Part shown: positions 49,588 through 58,870 of the stretch, piece after piece
How positions within the stretch are numbered: position 1 is the stretch's first letter
How the letters are laid out: each line of letters starts with the position of its first letter
Assembly: GCA_963751455.1 (NCBI GenBank)
Contig: CAVVUN010000001.1
Coordinates: forward strand, 416,001-480,000
Length of the DNA stretch: 64,000 nt
Origin: Nitrospirota bacterium
GTDB taxonomy: Bacteria; Nitrospirota; UBA9217
Reading direction: 5' to 3'
Notes under the pieces: model-generated
Seen by the model: the letters and a program-made list of their open reading frames with translations, nothing else
Databases searched by the model: none
What the model was told of the DNA's origin: nothing
Position numbers and translations under genes: made by a program

Positions 49588-51045
49588 CTATTCAATGCTT
49601 GATCCATTCGTTGAGAGCGATTTCAGATATTCGATCAGATCGTTCTTTTCCGGATCGCTCAATCCCAATCCAAGTACCCTATTGTAATGGTTGACGACAT
49701 CCAGAAGCGTCGCGAATCTGCCGTCATGATAGAAGCGGCCCTTATTCTCGGGCTTCATGTTGATGCCGAGTTCCCGGACGAATATGCCTGCAAGGTTCAT
49801 CGTCTTGTATGCTTTCCCCGGCGACCGGTCTGATTGGAAGCTGTCAATCCCGATGTCTTCGGGTTTATGAGCATTCCATCCAGGCTCGGTCCAGAGAGGC
49901 TCGATATGGCAAGTCCCGCACAGCGCTTTTCCTCCGAAAAGCTCGTCCCCGCGCGAGGCCGCTGCTGCGTCAAAATCGACACCCGCTGTCGGCTTCGGAC
50001 CAAGAAGCGACAGCTGGTAAAGATGCAGGCCCGGAAGCTTCTTTGTGACCCGGTCGCTGTCCGCATCAACCGTTATATGGCCCTTCTTGAGAGCAACGGC
50101 GATCGGAAACCGGGGCGCGCTGTCCGGGAACTGCTGCGGATCGTCAAGCCGGGGGTCATGAAAATTTCCGATTCCTCCCATTTCGTGAACCGCAACAAGG
50201 GCGTTCCAATAGGGCACGCTCCCCCAGTCTGCAGTCCAGGTATGCATGTTATAACCGGCCATGCCATAGGCATTCGGAATCAGAGTGGCGGCGGGTTTGC
50301 CGTCAGGCCGGAACGCCTTGCCGTCGAAAAGCAGTTGGGCATCAAATTTTCCCGGCCCCCAACTATTCAGCACAGTCCGTACCGTTGCAGCGTCAATTGG
50401 AGCATCAACGACTTTCAGCTGGTTCACGATCGCACTCAAATCGGGCGCGAGGGCGATGATCGCTCCGACGTTTAAATCGCGGTTGGCCCAGCCGTCAAGC
50501 CGGTGACCAATGCCTGGCGCGAACGAATTGTCGACGGTTGAATGACACAGGCTGCACTGAATGCCGATTGATTGAAGCGAACCGTCGTTGTTGAAGAAAC
50601 CCGTAATGCCGAGCACTGCGTTCAGCTTGAACAGCGCAAGAGTCGTGGCCGGATCATCGAGGTCCACCTTTCCCTGTTTAATCTGATCGACAAGACTCGA
50701 GGGAAGAGCGTCCACGTCGACTTTGAGTCCGACATCGGGAGCGGTCTTCGGGCTTACACCCGGCCCGACTCCCCCGAAATTGGATCCCTCGATAGCTCGA
50801 TGAAGTTTGAGCGTATCACCCAAGAACTTTTCGTCACCGAAGGTATCGAACCGAAAGGTCTGCTGCCCTTCCTTCAGGAGATCTTCTGCCGTAGTACCCG
50901 TGGTATTCGAAACAGGATTCGTCTGGGTCGTCAGCGAATTCTGACCGGCAGCGTTATTATCCGCTTTTGCCGAACTGCAGCTGGACACTAGCACCCACAC
51001 AATAACGGGCAGTACCAGCAACTCTATTCCGTGAAATTTTCTCAT
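49588..51045 (-). CDS. Di-heme c-type cytochrome lipoprotein (peroxidase-like C-terminus)
   Basis: Lipobox VSSC; CSLCH and CGTCH heme sites; FYHDGRFATLLDVVNHY..EKNDLIEYLKSL. Confidence 0.85.
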   Translation of the reverse strand: MRKFHGIELLVLPVIVWVLVSSCSSAKADNNAAGQNSLTTQTNPVSNTTGTTAEDLLKEGQQTFRFDTFGDEKFLGDTLKLHRAIEGSNFGGVGPGVSPKTAPDVGLKVDVDALPSSLVDQIKQGKVDLDDPATTLALFKLNAVLGITGFFNNDGSLQSIGIQCSLCHSTVDNSFAPGIGHRLDGWANRDLNVGAIIALAPDLSAIVNQLKVVDAPIDAATVRTVLNSWGPGKFDAQLLFDGKAFRPDGKPAATLIPNAYGMAGYNMHTWTADWGSVPYWNALVAVHEMGGIGNFHDPRLDDPQQFPDSAPRFPIAVALKKGHITVDADSDRVTKKLPGLHLYQLSLLGPKPTAGVDFDAAAASRGDELFGGKALCGTCHIEPLWTEPGWNAHKPEDIGIDSFQSDRSPGKAYKTMNLAGIFVRELGINMKPENKGRFYHDGRFATLLDVVNHYNRVLGLGLSDPEKNDLIEYLKSLSTNGSSIE

Positions 51046-51374
51046 GGTGGTTCCTCCTTGGTGTTAATTTACCGGTTTTGAAGAAGAGGCGCTGCCCGTT
51101 TTTCCGGTCGTTGCGTTTTCGCTAATCGGGATCGGATTACTCAGCGCTTACCGAACTACAGTGAGTCTTTTAAGTATTTGCAGTATAAAGAACGGGCAGC
51201 TAAGACGCCGCTTTACGGGAACCATCATTCGTCCGACGGACAAGCGGTTCTTAAAATTCGAGCATTTTTTGGAAGATCAGTAAGAAGGGTTTTAGGGTTA
51301 AAAACGAATGTAAATCAGCAGACCTTTAAAAAGGCCGATACAGTCCTGTATAGGCCTTAAACCATTATTTATTA

Positions 51375-51420
51375 TGGTGCCCCTGGGGTGACTCGAATAC
51401 CCGGCACGCGGTTTAGGAAA
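51375..51420 (-). repeat. Copy of the tRNA-Arg 3' half (att-like, copy 2)
   Basis: 45 of 46 bases identical to 56300-56345. Confidence 0.95.
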
Positions 51421-51525
51421 TGTTGGGCAACACCATCTTTGTTTGATGATCAATTACATAAGATAATCATGGGGATTCTCGACCGACTCGTTAATGCGGT
51501 GGAAGACTTCGATTGCACAAACAAA

Positions 51526-51555
51526 TGAACAGGCGGGGCGAGCCCCGCCTGTTCA
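51526..51555. terminator. Hairpin downstream of the PKD protein gene
   Basis: tgaacaggcggggc-ga-gccccgcctgttca. Confidence 0.7.
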
Positions 51556-51563
51556 ACTCGATC

Positions 51564-53408
51564 TTATTGTTTATCCCTCATATCGTGAGGACAAATCGCT
51601 TCCGTTGAAACAGCAGTCGTATTGCCGGCATTGTCGGTTATGACGGCCATGATGGTATAGTGCCTGCCATCCTTGTCAGTGCCGTCCCTCCACGCTTCCA
51701 GAGGAATCGTCGTGTTGAACCCGCTGATGACGGGCTCTACCGTGCCGTATTCGTCCGTTACCGTAAAGACGACCGACCCGATTCCCGACGTTCCGTCCGA
51801 CGGACCGCCATTCACCGCGACGTTTACCATCTTGTGGTTCGGCGGCCAGAGGATGCCAGGTGTCACGGAGATGTTCCCTGCGGGCGCCGTATTGTCGATT
51901 TTGATCGTCAATGTTGTCCCAGGCTCCTCGACGTTTCCGGCATTGTCCGCTGCTTTGAACGAAACGCTGTGGACTCCGTCGCCACGGACAGCTATTGTTG
52001 CCGAATCGCCTGCGGTACTCGCGGTCGCGGTATCTACAACTGTGCGAATTTCCTTGACGCCGGTACACGCGTCAGCCGAATCGACCGTTATCAGCACGTC
52101 CGACCGGTACCAGCCGTTGTCGCCTGGGATCCCGGCGATGCTTCGGAGGGTCGTGGTCGGCGGCGTGGTGTCGCGGATCGACGCGGTCACCGTATCCTGC
52201 GCTGTCCCGCCCTTGTTGTCGTCGACCGTAAGAGTAATTTCGTGCTCGCCCAGCGGGAGAACAACCGCGAGCGTTTCACCCGTGCCCAGGATCGTGTCGC
52301 CTTCTTTCCAAGTATAGGTAAGGACGTCGTTGTTCACATCTGAAGACCCAGAGCCGTCCAGGTTCACAGACGCTCCCTGGGGACCGGCGCATTCCACGGT
52401 TTGGTCCGGACCGGCATCGGCCACGGGCGGATCGTTGGGTGAAACATACAGGATCTGGACTGCAGTGCCCAACTTCCCGGAAACCGCAACCAAGCTGGTT
52501 CCATCGTACCGGTATATCTTTCCGACGCCGGTTGAACTACGGACATATCCTGCTTCGCCGCCCACTGCGACATAGAGGTTCGAACCGTTCTTGGCCAGCG
52601 AAAGGATCTGGTTACTGTAGTGATCGGACGTGACCGTAGCCTCGGTTATGGCCGTGGAGCCGTCATAGCTGCGAAGCTTCAAAACATCGCCGAAAAAGAG
52701 CTTGTCATTGAAGGTTTTTACCGCCCAGATATTCGACCCGCCGACGTACAGGGACGGCCAGCTCGTGCCATTGGACGTGGAATACATCATGCCGTAATAG
52801 GCGCTGGAAAACAATTTGTCTTTATACGGTTCGAAGTCCCAGATGCAACTCCTGCCGGCACTCAGGACCGTCTGGTTCGTGGTGCCGTTGTATCTCCATA
52901 TCCTGTCTGAGTTCCAATCGCCGAGGTAAAGGGCATCGTCCTTTTCCCATACTTCCATCGCTCGCACGCCGGTCCCCAGAGAGGACAATACCAGGGTCCA
53001 GGCGCCGGTGGCTTCTTCGTAACGATACAAACCCCGGGTGCCGCTGACGGTGCCCGCGTAGAGTTTCCCTCTCCAGACCACAAGCGATGCGACCTGGTAG
53101 TCTATCGTCTTGAGCAGGGTCCATGTCGTTCCGCTGTCGTGCCGATAGATCTGGCCTGTATTGTTACTGGACATCGTGCCTGCATAAAGATGCCCGTTAT
53201 ATTCAACCAGGCTGAGAACGACTTTGCCGAGTGTCGGCGATATGGAAGTCCAGGTGTCGCCGTTTTCCGATTCATAAACCACGCCTGGATTGGCGCTTCC
53301 CGCATACATCTTGGCTTCGGCGAGGTCGGCTCCAGCAACCCCGAGAATGAAACAAAATATAAGCGCCGGGAAAATCCTAACAATCGTATGGGTCAATTTC
53401 TTTAACAT
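51564..53408 (-). CDS. Secreted beta-propeller + PKD/Ig-like domain protein
   Basis: Signal peptide, YNGHLYAGT repeats, PPVADAGPDQ..LDGSGSSD (PKD), LWPPNHKMV C-terminal domain. Confidence 0.85.
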   Translation of the reverse strand: MLKKLTHTIVRIFPALIFCFILGVAGADLAEAKMYAGSANPGVVYESENGDTWTSISPTLGKVVLSLVEYNGHLYAGTMSSNNTGQIYRHDSGTTWTLLKTIDYQVASLVVWRGKLYAGTVSGTRGLYRYEEATGAWTLVLSSLGTGVRAMEVWEKDDALYLGDWNSDRIWRYNGTTNQTVLSAGRSCIWDFEPYKDKLFSSAYYGMMYSTSNGTSWPSLYVGGSNIWAVKTFNDKLFFGDVLKLRSYDGSTAITEATVTSDHYSNQILSLAKNGSNLYVAVGGEAGYVRSSTGVGKIYRYDGTSLVAVSGKLGTAVQILYVSPNDPPVADAGPDQTVECAGPQGASVNLDGSGSSDVNNDVLTYTWKEGDTILGTGETLAVVLPLGEHEITLTVDDNKGGTAQDTVTASIRDTTPPTTTLRSIAGIPGDNGWYRSDVLITVDSADACTGVKEIRTVVDTATASTAGDSATIAVRGDGVHSVSFKAADNAGNVEEPGTTLTIKIDNTAPAGNISVTPGILWPPNHKMVNVAVNGGPSDGTSGIGSVVFTVTDEYGTVEPVISGFNTTIPLEAWRDGTDKDGRHYTIMAVITDNAGNTTAVSTEAICPHDMRDKQ

Positions 53409-53842
53409 ATTTTCCCTCCAATTTATTTATTAGGTAAAAGCTGGTGCTTACACTACCGCATACAAAACATCTTCATTCAATGAATCCGCGAAAATACTGC
53501 GCAATGCACCATCCGTCAGGGGTCATACATAAGTACCTCCTTTTTTCAAGTGTTGTTATCAGGTGGTCTTTGTCCCGCCTCGTTCATTTCGTTCATCTGG
53601 AGATGTAGTGCCCTAGCCACTTTTAAAAAACTTAATACTTTCTCATTACACAAAATTAACTCTATCCCAACTTAACTAGTTTGTCTCGGCTTTTTTTGTG
53701 AACTTTTTCGGCATTTCTTGCGATTTCAACATACTTTGTCACTTTCAAACGGAAAAATACAGAAAAGAGCACTTAGAACGCGGAAAAAATAATTCAGATT
53801 AGACAAAAAATGAAGGGCAAGTCTTGGGGTTAAATCTCACGT

Positions 53843-54086
53843 TATTCTTATCTGAGCTAATTTGAAGAGACTGGCGATTCAGAAGCTCAAGATCGATAAA
53901 ACCTTTGTCGAAGACATCGGAACCAGTTCAATGACCGGGCGATTGTCCGCGCCTTCTCCTCATAGCCTACTCAATGAATTTGCAGGTGGTAGCGGAAGGA
54001 TTGAAAAAGAAAACCAACTCTCATTTTTTTCGCGAGCAGCAGTGCGACGTGGCCCAGGATTTCCTCTTCAGCGAACCGTTAATTAA
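53843..54086 (+). pseudogene. Frameshifted C-terminal remnant of an EAL phosphodiesterase
   Basis: LKRLAIQKLKIDKTFVEDI, NLQVVAEG, IEKENQL and FREQQCDVAQDFLFSEPL are spread over different frames. Confidence 0.85.
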
Positions 54087-54218
54087 CTTCGGAGAATTTT
54101 CGGGAGTTGGCGATGATGGGGAAATAACAAATAACAAGAATCGTCAAGAATTGACAATAATCGCTAGCAATTTTATAAAAAAAGGCCGATACAATTCGGC
54201 CTAATCTATTGATTATAT

Positions 54219-54264
54219 TGGTGCCCCTGGGGTGACTCGAACACCCGGCACGCGGTTTAGGAAA
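54219..54264 (-). repeat. Exact copy of the tRNA-Arg 3' half (att-like, copy 1)
   Basis: 46 of 46 bases identical to 56300-56345. Confidence 0.97.
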
Positions 54265-54396
54265 TGTCGGGCAATCACGCGATTGCTTGATTATCAATTA
54301 CATAACATAACCATATCTGCACGAAAACCAGCATTCTTGATGTAATCGGGTTAGAAAAAGGTTAGGATTTCCACTTCAACTAGCAGACAAAATACT

Positions 54397-55104
54397 TTAC
54401 TTCCTAAGTTGATTTTCTAGCAACTCAATTAAATGCAAGTGGGTTTTAGAATCAGTGGGACTCAAAGTGTAATATATTTTCTCCGTAGGGGCGGTCCCAA
54501 GTCTCGGCTCAATAGTCAATGGTTTAGACAGTATTTGAATGTTATTATCCAAGAGTGATTGATCCAGATCTTTGTAAGTAACATTGAATGAGAGTGATCT
54601 GGGAATTATGTCTATCTTCGCCTTATTATCAACTGCAGAAGCACAGATTTTCTTTGCATCATTCCTTAAAAAGGTCAAAAACACATTAGAGAACAATTTA
54701 TCAAAGTTAAAATCAAAAGCCACGACACACTGTGTTTGTGTTGTTTTTAATTTAAAATTATCTTCTTTGAACTGTTTTTGTAAATCAATCTCAGATAAAA
54801 TCTGAGCTATCTCTTGATAGAACTGATTAGCAATTTCTGTATCCCCATTAATATTAATCAATATCGATGTTCGATCAATTATTAATCGGTCAATGGGATA
54901 TATCTTGTTGCTATACTTGTACTCACCCATTTTCATTGTAACTGACACCAAATTGTGATTTTCATCCTCACCGATTTCTGTCTCTCTAAATAAAAATCGA
55001 TTCGTAAAAGATTGCAGGTTGGTTGCTGTAACCACTTGCCTAAATGGAATTTCATCTACTATGAATAATCTTTTATCAATTACACTGAGCTGAATCAGTT
55101 TCAT
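54397..55104 (-). CDS. Hypothetical protein, third gene of the hicAB operon
   Basis: 235-aa AT-rich ORF with an AGGAGG SD, 10 bp after the hicB stop. Confidence 0.75.
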   Translation of the reverse strand: MKLIQLSVIDKRLFIVDEIPFRQVVTATNLQSFTNRFLFRETEIGEDENHNLVSVTMKMGEYKYSNKIYPIDRLIIDRTSILININGDTEIANQFYQEIAQILSEIDLQKQFKEDNFKLKTTQTQCVVAFDFNFDKLFSNVFLTFLRNDAKKICASAVDNKAKIDIIPRSLSFNVTYKDLDQSLLDNNIQILSKPLTIEPRLGTAPTEKIYYTLSPTDSKTHLHLIELLENQLRK

Positions 55105-55114
55105 TACATTCCTC

Positions 55115-55717
55115 CTAAACTACATGTCTCTCAGTTTCTTCTTCATCAGAAGTAAAGCGATCTGTCCTTACAGAAGGCGGAGCATTCCACAATTCTCTTT
55201 CTTGAATGTGAGGTGTCCGGCTTTTCATGTAAGAATGTTGCAGCCATACGGGAGCACCAGCCACTATAACAGCATGCGCTTTTTGGCTAACAATTTCTCT
55301 CTCTAAATTGTTAATTTTCTGACTAATTGAAGTCATGGACTCTTCGAGGTGATGCTGAATAGCAGATCGCTCCAATCCTTCAGCCAGATATGTAAGAATC
55401 AATTGATTTAAACTAATTCCCTCCTGTTGAGCGCGATCATTCAATTTTTCATGCAATGATTTGGGGGTTCTAACTGTAATCCGGCCACTCGTCTCAATTG
55501 GTACGATAGGTTCTGGTATAGCCCAACCCGCTTTTATCGCTGTTTCAAGCCATTCATCTTTTACTTTGAGTCCCTTTTTTACAGCTTCTTCTGCGGTATC
55601 TGCATCAGCAATGCAACCGGGTAATTCTGGAAACTTAATAAAATATACTTTATCCTCGGGATAATACTCTAACGTCATACGATATTTTAAATTCTTATAA
55701 TAATTTAAATCTTTCAT
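55115..55717 (-). CDS. hicB: HicB antitoxin with a C-terminal extension
   Basis: FPELPGCIADADT.EEA..IPEP..SGRITVRTPKSLHEKL..A..EGISLNQ. Confidence 0.9.
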   Translation of the reverse strand: MKDLNYYKNLKYRMTLEYYPEDKVYFIKFPELPGCIADADTAEEAVKKGLKVKDEWLETAIKAGWAIPEPIVPIETSGRITVRTPKSLHEKLNDRAQQEGISLNQLILTYLAEGLERSAIQHHLEESMTSISQKINNLEREIVSQKAHAVIVAGAPVWLQHSYMKSRTPHIQERELWNAPPSVRTDRFTSDEEETERHVV

Positions 55718-56004
55718 ATCTTTTCTCCTTTATCTCCTAATTCTGAAACCTTCTGGGATAAGAGAATTTCTATTGCATCAATACACATTGTTATATATGG
55801 TTTTTTGACTTTTTTTTCTCCTCCGTGAGGTATTGCTACTCGAGGCAACATAACACCAATTAGTCGTTCATGATAAAAAATATAGCCATCAGATGTCCGC
55901 CTCTCCTCAAAGCCGAAAGCCCGCATGAGAGCCAAAATTTCATCAATCGTAACATTGCCTGGCCCTTCCTTTACTTTTTGCAATTTTTTTTCAGGCTTTG
56001 ACAT
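55714..56004 (-). CDS. hicA: HicA-family toxin
   Basis: MSKPEKKL..LMRAFGFEERR..IFYH..IPHGG..VKKPYI; ATGA overlap with hicB. Confidence 0.8.
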   Translation of the reverse strand: MSKPEKKLQKVKEGPGNVTIDEILALMRAFGFEERRTSDGYIFYHERLIGVMLPRVAIPHGGEKKVKKPYITMCIDAIEILLSQKVSELGDKGEKI

Positions 56005-56010
56005 TATTAT

Positions 56011-56040
56011 AGCATACGATGACATCACATATGATGTCAA
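56011..56040 (-). promoter_or_regulatory. hicAB promoter with palindromic operator
   Basis: TTGACA(56040-35)-18-TATGCT(56016-11); a perfect inverted repeat TGACATCA-N4-TGATGTCA (56020-56039) overlaps the -35. Confidence 0.75.
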
Positions 56041-56105
56041 GCAAAAAATTGCGATGGCCAGCGACTTGTAATAAGTGCTTTTATTTGTTGATTTTGTAGC
56101 CGAGG

Positions 56106-56135
56106 TTCGAACACCTGGCACGCGGTCTAGACAAC
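56106..56135 (-). repeat. Short degenerate tRNA-Arg fragment
   Basis: ttcgaacacctggcacgcggtctaga compared with ctcgaacacccggcacgcggtttagg. Confidence 0.75.
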
Positions 56136-56299
56136 CCGCATACCATGTGTCTAATTATGTTAATAATTCAATGGGTTCAGTCAATCAATATCAATTTCGA
56201 TCAATTAAGGTTAGAAAAAGGTTAGAAGTAAAAAAAAATAAAAAAAGGCCAATCGAGTCTTGTATTGGCCTTAACATCCCAGTTTTATTAAGTTTTATT

Positions 56300-56376
56300 T
56301 GGTGCCCCTGGGGTGACTCGAACACCCGGCACGCGGTTTAGGAAACCGCTGCTCTATCCACCTGAGCTACAGGGGC
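56300..56376 (-). tRNA. tRNA-Arg(CCT)
   Basis: Anticodon arm gcggt-ttCCTaa-accgc and encoded CCA. Confidence 0.97.
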
Positions 56377-56386
56377 GCTTTAAAAA

Positions 56387-56454
56387 AATTCAAAATTCAA
56401 AAAGGAACATTCAAAATTAAACGACTTGAATCCTGAATATTGAATGTTGAATTT
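56387..56454. repeat. Period-7 repeat hairpin (ATTCAAA family)
   Basis: aattcaaaattcaaaa..cattcaaaatt faces ttgaatcctgaatattgaatgttgaattt. Confidence 0.7.
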
Positions 56455-56461
56455 GTCGTTA

Positions 56462-57427
56462 TCAGAGCATTTCTTCCAGCTCTATTTTTTTCCGCCGGGT
56501 AATGACCCTGAGCTTATTCAGGGCCTGTGTCTCGATCTGGCGAACGCGCTCGCGGGTAATGCCGAATTCCTTGCCGATGGAATCCAGGGTCTGCGGTTCA
56601 CCGTCCACCAGGCCGAACCGCATCTCGATAACCTTGCGTTCGCTGACGGAGAGCTGATTGAGCCATTCATCGATATGCTCACGCCTTCGTATATCGTCCG
56701 AGAGGCTAGCGGGAGAGAGAGCGTTGTTGTCCTGCAGAATGTCTTTAAGGGTGTCTTCTTCCTGATCGCCGATGAGCATGTCCAGAGAGTACGTTTCCCG
56801 CACTACCTGGGACACGCTTCTCACCTTCTCGACGGTGACCTTCATTTTCTTTGCGATTTCTTCTATCTGGGGTTCACGCCCGAGTGACTGGGTAAGCTGG
56901 CGTACGGCCCGCATGTAGGAATTGACGATCTCCGCGATATGGACGGGCAAACGGATTGTCCTAGTCTGGTTTACGATCGCGCGTTCTATCGATTGTTTTA
57001 TCCACCAGGATGCGTAAGTGCTGAATTTGAATCCCCGCTCATACTGGAACTTCTCTACGGCCCTTATCAGGCCAAGATTGCCTTCTTCGATAATATCCGA
57101 AAACTGCAAACCCCGGTTGATATACTTCTTGCCGATAGCGACAACGAGCCGAAGATTCGCTTCGATCATCTTGGCGCGGGCTTCCTGGTCGCCCTTGGCA
57201 ATGCGCTTTGCCAATTCCTGTTCCTGGTCGAACGTAAGGAGAGGAGTTCTGCGAATTTCCTTGAGATAATATTTTATTGCATCAAGACCGCGTTGAGCGG
57301 AGGCATCTTCGGCAACTTCAGGACTGCTCTCAGTATTTGTTTTTTCAACTTGTTCTTTTTCCTCAAGCTCCTCACTGTAGGACCCGGCGTCAAGAACATC
57401 ATCGACTGGTCTTTCCCTTTCACTCAT
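56462..57427 (-). CDS. Group 2 sigma70 factor (RpoS-like)
   Basis: Region 1.2 [35 protein letters not shown] and TRERVRQIE; region 1.1 is absent. Confidence 0.92.
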   Translation of the reverse strand: MSERERPVDDVLDAGSYSEELEEKEQVEKTNTESSPEVAEDASAQRGLDAIKYYLKEIRRTPLLTFDQEQELAKRIAKGDQEARAKMIEANLRLVVAIGKKYINRGLQFSDIIEEGNLGLIRAVEKFQYERGFKFSTYASWWIKQSIERAIVNQTRTIRLPVHIAEIVNSYMRAVRQLTQSLGREPQIEEIAKKMKVTVEKVRSVSQVVRETYSLDMLIGDQEEDTLKDILQDNNALSPASLSDDIRRREHIDEWLNQLSVSERKVIEMRFGLVDGEPQTLDSIGKEFGITRERVRQIETQALNKLRVITRRKKIELEEML

Positions 57428-57678
57428 GAACACCTCTTCCGCCAAGGCAGACAATAAGACATCGCGGTGTTCCATGCTGCCACTGATAAGCAGGCGCCCC
57501 TGCCACCGTAAACCCAAACGCTGATTGATCCTTATAACACTTAAGGTGGCATAAAGCGGGCAGTAGGTAGGAGCACACTGTAAAAACTCGAACGCGGCGC
57601 TCCGGCATGAACGCCGCTTTTTTTAATAATATAATAAATAGAGAGGAAATGGGTTATCCTCTGCTTTTAAAGGGAAAA

Positions 57679-57756
<78 letters not shown>

Positions 57757-57790
57757 CAAGGCCGTATATTATACTATCCCGTTTCGCATG

Positions 57791-58870
57791 TCAACGAACA
57801 TTCTTCTCCTGCGCGTTGATGAAGTTGTCAAAAGCCTCCTGATAATAATCCCTTTTAGCGCGAATGGACTGCGGCACTCTGTTTTCGTAAAGCTCCCTCC
57901 CCTCGGCCACATCGGCCTTGAGCAAATCGTAAAAAGTTCCGTTTTTCAAGCCGTCGGCCACGGATTCCTGGTTATAAAGCGCTATGTCCGATACAATGAT
58001 GCGTGCAAACCGCCGCGCCTTCTCAACAGCTTCCGGGTCCGCCTCGTCCACCCTGGGGATGTCGCATTCTTCTTTCTGGAAAATGGAGGCTTCCAGGCTG
58101 AAGGATTCGGGTGTGATCGCAGTTCCTGTCTCATTAGCGGCCTCGGATGCCGGTCGTACTGCAGGAGCCGAGGGAGTCGGTGCAGGCGTCACTCTTTCGC
58201 CGCCGGCAGACCGGTCCGCTTTCAAGAGGGACGGCTGAAACTCGCGGGCCGGCGGCCGCGACATCTCCGGGAGCACGCTCTGTGCCGCGCCTCTCGACCC
58301 CGGAGGAGAGTCATCCGATGCGGGACTCAGCAATTTTTGCAGTTTCTCGGGAAGAAAATCCGGTATATGATGTTTTTCGATATAATCGTCGGCGCCGTAC
58401 AGGCTGACCGGCGTTCGTTTATAACGCCTCATGTCGTATACGGAAGAAAGAAGAATTATTTTGATGCCGTTTGTTTCGCTGCTTCCCTTCAATCTCTCGC
58501 ACAGTTCAAACCCGTAAATTCCGGGAAGGCCGACGTCGAGCACCATTGCCTGCGGCCTGTTCTCGACGGCTTTCTTCAATGCTTCATTTCCATCCCCCGC
58601 GCTGTCCACAGCGTACCCCGCTTCATGAAGGACACTCGCGATACTGTCCCTGACTGCGCCGCTGTCATGAGCCACGAGTACCAGCGGGCCTGCGGCCCCG
58701 CGGGAGGACTGCTCGATGTTCAGCGGCGAAGCGGCGGCAGCGGGCATGGCCTCCGGTTTGAAAACCGCCAGAATGTTTCCGCAGCGCGGGCACCGCACTC
58801 TTATTCCCTGCTCGCTGATTTTGGCATCGTCAATCTTCAGTTTTGCTCCGCATTCGCACGGCACAATCAT
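57791..58870 (-). CDS. Zinc-ribbon + receiver domain protein
   Basis: CECG..VRCPRCG finger, VLDVGLP receiver, C-terminal [16 protein letters not shown] domain. Confidence 0.85.
   Translation of the reverse strand: MIVPCECGAKLKIDDAKISEQGIRVRCPRCGNILAVFKPEAMPAAAASPLNIEQSSRGAAGPLVLVAHDSGAVRDSIASVLHEAGYAVDSAGDGNEALKKAVENRPQAMVLDVGLPGIYGFELCERLKGSSETNGIKIILLSSVYDMRRYKRTPVSLYGADDYIEKHHIPDFLPEKLQKLLSPASDDSPPGSRGAAQSVLPEMSRPPAREFQPSLLKADRSAGGERVTPAPTPSAPAVRPASEAANETGTAITPESFSLEASIFQKEECDIPRVDEADPEAVEKARRFARIIVSDIALYNQESVADGLKNGTFYDLLKADVAEGRELYENRVPQSIRAKRDYYQEAFDNFINAQEKNVR

Larger units (their letters stand above)
49409..51374 (-). mobile_element. Integrase-less islet C (cytochrome c cargo)
   Basis: Bounded by tRNA-Arg 3' copies; shares end motifs with islets A and B. 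Confidence 0.7.
51421..54218 (-). mobile_element. Integrase-less islet B (secreted protein cargo and EAL remnant)
   Basis: Bounded by tRNA-Arg 3' copies. Confidence 0.72.
54265..56299 (-). mobile_element. Integrase-less islet A (HicAB plus a third gene), AT-rich
   Basis: Lies between the tRNA and its exact 3' copy; the 17-mer ggttagaaaaaggttag occurs at both ends (54349-54365 and 56209-56225). Confidence 0.8.

Noticed and set aside
53510-53545. Strong SD followed by ATG TAT GAC CCC TGA upstream of the PKD gene
   Set aside because: A four-codon ORF; a leader peptide cannot be told apart from a decayed gene start or chance.
49366-56345. Repeated 46-mer as a CRISPR array or as extra tRNA genes
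   Set aside because: The spacers are 2-2.8 kb and contain genes, no cas genes are present, and the copies lack the tRNA 5' half.
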